This document shows positions 54,652-64,000 of a stretch of DNA of 64,000 nt, one piece after another (positions within the stretch are counted from its first letter, which is position 1; each line of letters opens with the position of its first letter). Below the pieces are notes generated by a model. The model did not search any database. It saw only the letters and a program-made list of their open reading frames with translations, and had not been told where the DNA came from. The stretch spans positions 16,306,001-16,370,000 of the forward strand of contig OX597816.1 of NCBI GenBank assembly GCA_951406725.2, written 5' to 3'. The stretch comes from Octopus vulgaris. Taxonomy: Eukaryota. Made by a program: the position numbers and the translations under genes.

Positions 54652-54989
54652 ATTGTGTCTTCTAATTTTATTCAACTGTTTCACGTTTTATTTTCCGAGG
54701 GCATCGGCAGCATGTACTGTCCTCGCGATTTTGCCTTATTCTACACATTTTTACGGTCACATCTTTCATATATTCGAGGATGGGGGAACAGCCGTTAGAT
54801 TTTCTTCCAAAACTCTCCATATTCTCCAAGTGATTTCTCCGTAATTTATGATTTGAAATGGCAGACGATACGGAATATAAGGAAAAAGAGCTGCGCGGGA
54901 ATTTGAGTGTGCGTGTATGCATGTGTGTGTGTGAGTGTACGTGCGTGTGTGTGTGTGTAGAGGGGAATATTCGGAAAAGCTGAAGGTTA

Positions 54990-55270
54990 ATAAGTTTAAT
55001 TTATAATGGTGTGTGAATGGACGTTGTGGTATATTAATTGAGCCGACATGAAAGTTTGTTTGTAAAACCGAAGTTCATTGGAGCGTAAAGGTTCTTGTAA
55101 ACATAGATCAGAATTAGGGCGGGGAGCTCAATAAACTGTCGGTAATTGACGCATTAATTGGAGGAGGAAAACAATGGCACTGTCCATTAATGGGGTTTAT
55201 GATTTTGAAGTAAATTGGTTTATAGAAACGGGGTCAGAATATAGCGATGATGTGGAAGCGGCCAGGCGCT
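54990..55270. promoter_or_regulatory. Candidate promoter/enhancer
   Basis: Unique CpG-retaining sequence with GC box gggcgggg (55117-55124), Fox-type gtaaaca (55097), CRE-like tgacgca and several TAATT/ATTAAT homeodomain-type sites. Motif inspection only. Confidence 0.3.
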
Positions 55271-55659
55271 TTTATGTCCAGACACACACACACATTCGCG
55301 CACACATGAATTCATATATATACATGCATACATACACACATACATACATACATACATACATAAATGTATGGATAGATGGAGAAAGCGAGAGGGTGAGAAA
55401 TGCATCCAAACGCATACAAAATACACAAACACACATATATACAGAGCTATACATGCATATATATGTATGTGCGTATGTGTATATGTATGCGCGTATGTAT
55501 ATATATATATGTATATATACAGAGCTGTACATGTGTTATGGTTATTGTTAAGGTGTTGGCTGCCAGTATGCAAGATGGAAGAAAAACTGACTGAAGTTGT
55601 AAAGAGATTTTTTATTTGTATCTATCCAAGACCCACGACGGGTTGGTATGTATAATTAG

Positions 55660-56150
55660 CAAGGCGGTGAGCTGGCAGAAACGTTAGCACGCCGGGCGAA
55701 ATGCGTTACGTTGTGAGTTCAAATTCCGCCGAGGTCGACTTTGCCTTTCGTCTTTTCGGTGTCGATAAATTAAGCACCAGCTATGCACGCACTGGCGTCG
55801 ATGTAATCGACTTAATACCTATGTCTGTCTTTGTTTGTCCCCCCTATGTCTAGCCCCTTGTGGGTAATAAAGAAATAGGTATGTATAATTAGTATAATAT
55901 GTATAATTAGCGAGGCAGCGAGCTGGCAGAAACGTTAGCGCGCCGGGCAAAATGCTTTGTGGTATTTAGTCCGCCACCGCGTTCTGAGTTCAAATTCCGC
56001 CGAGGTCCACTTTGCCTTTCATCCTTTCGGGGTCGATTAAATAAGTACCAGTTACGCTCTGGGGTCGATATAATCGACTTAATACCTATGTCTGTCCTTG
56101 TTTGTCCCCTCTGTGCTTAGTCTCTTGTGGGTAGTAAAGAAATAGGTATG
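55660..56150 (+). mobile_element. Two tandem young SINE B copies
   Basis: Each is bounded by gtatgt(a/t)taattag repeats (TSD-like). Confidence 0.9.
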
Positions 56151-57274
56151 TTTAATTAGTAAATGGAAAAGCATGCGAGGAAAAAAAAAAAAGTTAATTT
56201 CGGCCTGAGAGATATGGTAATGTTCCAAAGAAAAGAAAGTTAGTGAAAGTGAGAGAGGTGGGATGAAACAACAGCTTCGTTGGTGAGTTACCATAGTTGT
56301 CCCCTTGTACCTTTTCCTTTTTAGACGGCGTTTTTTTCAGCCGGTCAGCTAGACTCCGTTCTAACTGTGTACATAATTATGACCAGATCGCGAGAAAGAA
56401 AGACACACCGTTATCCAAACAATGGGTATTTTGGGAGGTCTATTGTTTTATCAATTTAACACCCCACCGCATACAAACGGTTGGCAGGGGTCAAGTGGCA
56501 AAGACATTATTCCGGCCTATTGTCGGAGCACTGCATCCTTCAAAACTTCCATGCTTCCTGAGATTCGCCAACACTACACTTGATTTTCTCCCCTCCATAC
56601 ACACACAAGCATGTATCTGACTCATACGTTGTTCGCTTTCCAGACATTTCTACATTACTGCATGTACTTTATATGCACTTTCTGACAAGTTGTGGTGCAC
56701 CTGAGCACTGTATACAATAATTTCATTATTATTATTGAAGGCATCTGGTAAATGTAACTGCTGTCACTCACAGAAGAAAAACTACTGTTTTACCGTGAGA
56801 AAAGTGCTGTTGAACTGTTAAGTGAAATTTGGCGATCGAGGATCGAATCCACGCTATGTCTGCATGAAGCCACTACACATGCATATATATGCGTGAATGT
56901 GTGTGTGTGTGTATATATGAATGCATGTCGTTTGGGTATGTGCGCGTGCGCATGGTAATTGGTAGTTTAACTCCGGGTCAAAACTGATCGAACTGACACA
57001 GACCCGTGATAAAAGGCATTACCAATCAAAGCTTAAGGAATCCCTTCCTTTTAATCCGGGACTGCATTAACTAACAAGTTTTTTTTTTTCCTTTGTTTTA
57101 AGTTGACTGCAAGTGATTTGAAAAAGATTGAGCTGCTATTTCTAGTTGGTAAAATGATCACACAGAGGTTCCATATGTTATAACCCTTATATCCATTTTA
57201 GACATAGCTACGTGGTTAAGAAACTATGTGACATCTTGGACTTTTGAGGATTTGGGATCTCTCTTTTTTTTTTT

Positions 57275-57485
57275 TCTCTTTTACTTCTTTCAGTCATTTG
57301 ACTGCAACCATGCTGCAGCACCGCCTTTTAATCGAGCAACTCGACCCCGGGACTTATTCTTTGTAAGCCTAGTACTTATTCTATCGGTCTCTTTTGCCGA
57401 ACCGCTAAGTTACGGGGACATAAGCACACCAGCATCGGTTGTCAAGCAATGCTAGGGGGACAAACACAGACACACAAACATACAT

Positions 57486-57537
<52 letters not shown>

Positions 57538-57683
57538 TACCTTTGCCCATATAGTACAGTAAATGAATTGATTGCATCGCAATCATTAACATTTATGTAT
57601 TAACTTTGTTGGGTACTTCACTAGCAGTATATTGGATATATGTTATCCCATGGAGGGTTGCATTTACAACACCTATCTCAATT

Positions 57684-57731
<48 letters not shown>

Positions 57732-57893
57732 GACGGACTTCTTTCAGTTTCCGTCAACCAAATCCACTCACAAGGCTTTGGTCGGCCCGAGGCTATAGTA
57801 GAAGACACTTGCCCAAGATGCCACGCAGTGGGACTGAACCCGGAACCATGTGGTTGGTAAGCAAGCTACTTACCACACAGCCACTCCTACGCC
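57275..57893 (-). mobile_element. SINE A with a ~150-bp repeat fragment inserted in its linker
   Basis: Tail 57275-57480, head 57725-57893. The insert (57537-57685) is related in reverse to 62900-63045. Confidence 0.85.
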
Positions 57894-58600
57894 TCCGCCG
57901 TTAGAATTTTTCAAGTTTCCTATTGTAAGTGGTTTTTGCATGCTGATGACAAAAATAACATTCGTTTTCTCTAGAAATTAATAATTAAAAAGCTACAAGC
58001 CTTTAAAGTTATGTAACTTTAGCTAACCAGAAGCCTCTATTGCCGACGTACCGGTAGTCGAAATGGTTTGTTTCTATGAGAACAGCCTAAATCCTTTTTT
58101 TGAATTAATTTCTTTATAAAATTACTATGATTTTCGTCCTCAGCATGCAAAACTACATCGATGGAGAAAATTTGAAATAATTCTGACAGTGAGAAGAAAT
58201 TTTAATAGATTCAGGATCTCCTAACTGGGCTAAAATTCGTTGACCTAGTAGGATAAATTCATCGTTTATTGATTTATACATTTTTACAATTCTAATTAAA
58301 AAGCAAAAAAATACCCAGAAAATCTAGCGTTGTGAAGAAAATTGAGCGTATGCTTATTTTGTAAAACAAAAACAAATTCAAAAACCTAATAATGTTTTCC
58401 TCCTTTTTTCTCTATCTCTTTGGATTTAATGATGCGAAATTATATACTTCTTAATTACTGTGTTGTTAATGGGAATGTGTAATTGGGAAAATTGGTTGGT
58501 TCTGCTATTTGTTTATCATTAATTCGTAATTAAGGGAAATAACATTGTTATAAGTTGTTTCGTTGTTATTTGAATATCAATGTTTAAAACCAAAATTTTA

Positions 58601-58940
58601 GGGCAGCGGTTTCGATTCCCAGACCGGGCGTTGTGAGTGTTTATTGAGCGAAAACACCTAAAGCTCCACGAGGCTCCGGCAGGGGATGGTGGTGATCCCT
58701 GCTATACTCTTTCACCACAACTTTCTCTCACTCTTACTTCCTGTTTCTGTTGTACCTGTATTTCAAAGGGCCGGCCTTGTCACTCTCTGTGTCACGCTGA
58801 ATATCCCCGAGAACTACGTTAAGGGTACACGTGTCGGTGGAGTGCTCAGCCACTTACACGTTAACTTCACGAGCAGGCTGTTCCGTTGATTCGGATCAAC
58901 CGGAACCATCGTTGTCGTAACCGACGGAGTGCTTCAATCC
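58601..58940 (+). mobile_element. SINE D long form, 5'-truncated, with 33-bp flanking direct repeat
   Basis: atttgaatatcaatgtttaaaaccaaaatttta at 58568-58600 and 58941-58973. Confidence 0.92.
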
Positions 58941-59254
58941 ATTTGAATATCAATGTTTAAAACCAAAATTTTAAATATCTTAGTCAGTTGTTTTACCGTA
59001 GTAAGGTAAAACTGGCAGAATCGTTAGCACGTTGGACAAAGCTTCGCTGTACTTCTTCCGATTCACTACGTTCTGAGTTCAAATCCAGTCGTGCACGACT
59101 TAGCCTAATTTAAAGTGCCAATCAAGTAATTGGGTCGCTTAATCTAAATCCCGCACTACTACTGCGAGCTCTCTGCACCCCATCAATTTGCTCGCTCCCT
59201 TTGCTTCAACAAAACTCCAACAACTCTGTATTTCGAACCGTTCAACGTTATTTC

Positions 59255-59486
59255 ACTCTTTTACTTGTTTCAGTCATTTAACTGCGGCCATGCTGGAGCA
59301 CCGCCGAGCAAATCGAGGTCGAGCAAATCGACCTCAGGACTTATTCTTTGTAAGCCTAGTACTTATTCTATCGGTCCTCTTTTCCTTTTGCCGAACCGCT
59401 AAGTTATGGGGACGTAAAACATACCAGCATCAGTTGTCAAGCGATGTTGGGGAGAGGACAAACACAGACACAAATATATACAAACG

Positions 59487-59521
<35 letters not shown>

Positions 59522-59818
59522 TATAGCGTAATATGCTTTATTTAAAGAAGGCAGAAAATTCAACAAAACCGTGTTTTTGTATCGTTTCTAAATGTTTTGC
59601 GTTCATTGGACAGTTTTTGCTAGCAAAAACTGTCCGATGAACACAACGGAATATAATATATATGCATGTATATATATATACGACGGGCTTCTTTCAGTTT
59701 CCGTCTACCAAATACACTCACGAGGCTTTGCTCGGCCCAAGGTGTCACGCAGTGGAATTGAACACGGAACAATGCGGTTTGTAAGCAAGCTACTCACCAC
59801 ACAGCCACTCCTACGCCT
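59255..59818 (-). mobile_element. SINE A with an insertion in its linker
   Basis: Tail 59255-59475, insert ~59525-59655, head 59675-59818. Confidence 0.82.
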
Positions 59819-60869
59819 ATCTATCCACCTGTTTTTTTTTTTTACAGAGACAAGAGACTGATTTGTTACCTATTTCTAACGATCACATACAGACCCTCTC
59901 TCTCTCTCTCTTTTTCTCTCGCTCTTTCTTTCCCCTCTCTCTCTCTGCTGCTTTCGTGCTCTCTAGTAGTAGCGGTAGTGTTAGTAGTAGTAGTGGTGAT
60001 GATAGTTATGGTGTTGGAATTTGTTATAGTATTAGCAATTGTAGTGTGGCGGTGATAGTAGTAGTGGTAGCTGTAGAGATGATGTAGTTTTGTAGTTGTA
60101 GTAGAAGCTTAGCCACTTAGTTTAAATGTTTGTTGACGGTTCCCACATTTGAGAACGGAGTCTCTTCATGAAATAATACCCTTCTTTCTTATATGAAAAA
60201 AAAATCATAAAATAATACAGGTTAAGATATCATTCAAAAGACGGAACGGTCGACGTGGAATAACTTTGTCCAAAGTGCCGCTTAGTTAGAACTAAACGTA
60301 AACTCTACCGTAAAATCTTATTCTTAAAGTATTTGAAACTAAGGGAAATAACTCAATTTGCAATACAGGAGTTATGTCCCTTATAAAAAATTAAGTCGCT
60401 TTCAGAGAATTAAATTTATCTTGAATTCAACAAGACGTCGTTTATTCTAAAGCTGCTGTGGATTTCAGGGAGAGCTCCTGAATTTAACATCTTCTATTAT
60501 AGATTCCCTTGTATATTGAAATGCATAAATCCACCACAAGCACACACACACACACACACATATACACACAATCGTTCCGTTATCGGTAAATGGAATCCCG
60601 TCGATTTCGACGATGACTATTCCAGTTCCAGTCGTTAAATCTTACTGTGCAACTTATTCGTTGAATCACAAAATCCGTGACCCCAGACACTTGTGCCCTT
60701 AACGCTATCATCTTGCATTATACCGTGACGCGTTGTAAAATAAGATTCGTCTTTTGAATTACGAGTAGAGTCCATCTGATTGTCTTCAAAAGTTTTCTAG
60801 AGACCAGTCTCAGTTATCTACCGAGGACCATCGGAAGCTATGGCAATAGAAAGATGAAGGAAAGGGAGA

Positions 60870-60921
<52 letters not shown>

Positions 60922-61626
60922 TTGGGAGAAGACACTCGGAAAGATTGAATACAGGATTTTCCGATTGTGAAGCAAACTTTTTTAATTACGCGACTATGCT
61001 TGCATCCAAATCTTTTCACACACACATAATATATATCATCGGGCTATGGATAACTAAATTACATCAGGTATATAGTCCATATTTTGGAATTACATCCAGT
61101 TAGCTCAAGACATTATTATAGTGCGTTGTTGTACCATTCAAAACTTTTTATTCTTTAATAACATAATATATACATTTGTGTGTGTGTGTGAATCTATTGT
61201 TCTATATGCCATAATAATCAAATACTTGTTGTTAGTGATGTTTTTTCCTTCTCTAGATGTCCCCGTTTTCTTTTCTGACAAAGCGCTATGCCCAAAACGT
61301 AAAAAAGCTCTTTTTATCCATCTATGCCGAGCGTCAAACTATTACGTTCCATGTGAACGTCCTCTTGTCGTCTTGTTATCTTTAATGTTCAATTATTGAA
61401 TTGGTTCACTTTGAAAATGTTGTAAGTGATGGGCCCTTGATGAAATTGCAGTGACTAGGATGCATAATTGCACATGGAGCAATGTGTGGTTGCTGCAATT
61501 GAAACATATATGGGTCATTGTTATATATGTTGAAGAAAACTCTTTCAATAAAAAATTTTGGATGTCAATAAATCTCCACTCTCGTCTTCTTTTTCAGTTA
61601 TAATTACATTGATACAGACACACACA

Positions 61627-61692
<66 letters not shown>

Positions 61693-61935
61693 CGTTTTTA
61701 TTATTATTTTGATATTTACTTAATCATCGGTATATTATTGTTATTTTAATTTTAATATTTCTATTATATGTAATTTTCCAGATGGTGTAATTTAATTGTT
61801 GATTTTGAATTGATAAAAGGTGTTATTTTTCCAATTTTTTAATATATATATATGTATTATATTTTGTGAAATTTGATTTAGTTTTTCTAAATTGAATTTT
61901 TCCCTGTAAATTAGGAATAATATTCCCTCAAATAA

Positions 61936-61973
<38 letters not shown>

Positions 61974-62004
61974 AATAAGCAACAGAATATCACGTAGGGA
62001 CGCA

Positions 62005-62087
62005 GTACGACCGTTTCAAGTGACTCCATTCAATTGAACAATGCGATCATTACATCAATTTAAATGCAGTGCTATCTTCAGCTGCAC
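62005..62087 (-). ncRNA. Hammerhead-like motif with long stem II next to a Penelope-like fragment
   Basis: - strand: gtgcag CTGAAGA t agcactgcatttaaattga..tcaattgaatggagtcactt GAAAC GGTC gtac. The GUC triplet is intact. Confidence 0.55.
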
Positions 62088-62854
62088 AAATAAATAAATA
62101 GAATTTTAACAAGTAGAACACATTAATATAATTTTTCTCAAATATTATTACAGAGCAAGAAGACGGAAGAAATTCATGTTTTCGCTACTGTACCTAAGAA
62201 TATATATATATATATATATAGTCTTTTTTCTTTTATTCTTTTGACTTGTTTCAGTCATTTGACTGCGGCCATGCTGAAGCAGCGCCTTTAATAGAACAAA
62301 TGGACCCCAGGACGTATTCTTTCTAAGCCTAGTTGTTATTCTATCGGCTCTCTTATGCCGAACCACTAAGTTACAGGGACGTAAACAGACCAACATCTTG
62401 TCAAGCGATGTACACACAGACACACACATATAATATATATAAGTATTCACTCAATGTCCTGATCTAAAACTTTAGACTTGGAATTCCTATTCGTTGAATA
62501 ATCGCGCCACACCTCCTTCGAATATCACCACAGCCAGAGCCGATATAAGGGAGTAACCCTGTCCCACCCGCAGAATGGACAATTATCTTTTTGTTTACAA
62601 AACCAACTGACGATTAAGTATTTCTTCCTCCACTTGTAGAGAGGTAATGTGACTTCAGCCATTTGAGTCTGAAAAGTCTCCTATACTGCTAAGCGCTTTA
62701 TAGAAGCGAAACCAATGGTCACTCAGTGGCTGGCCATAAATTCATAATATATATATTACTGCTCTAATGCTTCTTTTTCAGATATATGTGCTACTGTGCT
62801 TCTTTTTCAGATACGTGAATGTGCTTCTTTTGCAGATATATGAACGACTGACTT

Positions 62855-62893
<39 letters not shown>

Positions 62894-63195
62894 ATACAAA
62901 GTAAGATAGGGGTTATGAGTGTAACCCACTATGGGATAGTATTTATCCAATATACTGTTGGTAAAATACCCAGATTCTTAATACATAAATGTTTTTAATT
63001 GCAATGCAATTAACTTATTTATTGTATTAAACGGGTGAAGGTAAAGAAATATTTTTGTCGTAAATTTATAATACAAATAAGAAAATGGAGAAATAAATTT
63101 AGGTTTCTCATTTTGTTGAATGAATAAATAATCCAACATTTTAATATCCGAAAGTTGATGAACAGACTAAATTTGTTTCTCCATTTTCTTATTTG

Positions 63196-63250
<55 letters not shown>

Positions 63251-63254
63251 AATC

Positions 63255-63680
63255 AAATTCGATGACTGGCATCCATGCAAGTGGAGCGCTAAGAGCACCA
63301 TCCAAGCGTGGTCATTGCCAGAGCAGCTAAATGGTTTCCGTGCCAGTGGCACATAAAAAACAGCATTTGAGCGTGAAAAAACTTTCGGGTGAGGTCGTTG
63401 CCAGTTCCGCTGGACTGGCTCCTGTGCAGATGGCACGTAAAAAACACCACTTGAGCATGGCTGGTGCAAGTACCGCCTGACTGGCCCTCGTGCCGGTGGC
63501 ATGTAAAAGCACCCACTACACTCTGCTGAGTGGTTGGTGTTAGGAAGGGCATCAAGCTGTAGAAACTCTGACAGATCAGATTGGAGCCTGGTGCAGCCAT
63601 CTGGTTCACTAGTCCTCAGTCAGATTGTCCAACCCATGCTAGCATGGAAAGCAGACGTTAAATGATGATGATAACGATGA
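63255..63680 (+). mobile_element. Repeat family C
   Basis: Subrepeats, ttaggaagggcatc motif and (GAT)n tail. Confidence 0.88.
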
Positions 63681-63699
63681 TTATATATATATATATATA

Positions 63700-64000
63700 T
63701 TCTGTGTGTTTCAACCTAAAGGATGTGATGATACTGGTGGCACTGCCAATAACATCACCTCTTCAATGGTCATTCACATGTGTTTGGCTTTTGGAGAATG
63801 AGCAAGTTTGATATTGTTGCCCTCATGTGAGGTTCTTCTGGGATTTTGGGGAGCAAAAGTTTGAGGTACTTTTTGAAAACATCTACACCCACACTCACCA
63901 TGTAGATCTCACAGAATTTTTGACAAAAGATTATTAAAAAGCTCTGGGACTTTATCCAAAGAATGTCTAAGGACAAGGCCATGAACTTCTGAGTAATGGA
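63700..64000 (-). mobile_element. Degenerate CR1/L2-group LINE 3' end (related to 11610-12690)
   Basis: Peptide VGVDVFKKYLKLLLPKIPEEP; agatctacatgg..gtaga.attttcaa is shared with ~12637-12669. Confidence 0.75.

Noticed and set aside
54858-54906. Possible first coding exon MADDTEYKEKELRGNL in good ATG context
   Set aside because: Weak donor (ga|gtgtgc running into a TG repeat) and no downstream exon found in the window; unsupported without RNA data.

Overview
AT-rich animal genomic DNA saturated with microsatellites and SINEs. The repeat landscape resembles an octopod cephalopod (inference from repeat families, not a database match). Nearly all track ORFs are microsatellite or repeat noise. 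The only convincing host coding sequence is the 3' end of a + strand gene: a partial exon at 1-68 and a terminal exon at ~597-831 ending in a class I PDZ-type motif (...VSYESSV*), missed by the ORF track. The rest is non-coding: at least four SINE-like families, CR1-like LINE fragments, Tc1/mariner and hAT remnants, MITEs with 8-bp TSDs (Merlin-like) and Penelope-like fragments. Most notable observations: (i) about seven dispersed hammerhead-ribozyme-like motifs whose stem II loop ranges from 3 to ~100 nt; (ii) a 4.3-kb mosaic duplication/inversion at 28.1-32.4 kb built from three nearby donors; (iii) a sharp CpG-poor to CpG-rich transition; (iv) several long inverted repeats that could form dsRNA. 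Coordinates were read by eye and repeat boundaries are approximate.
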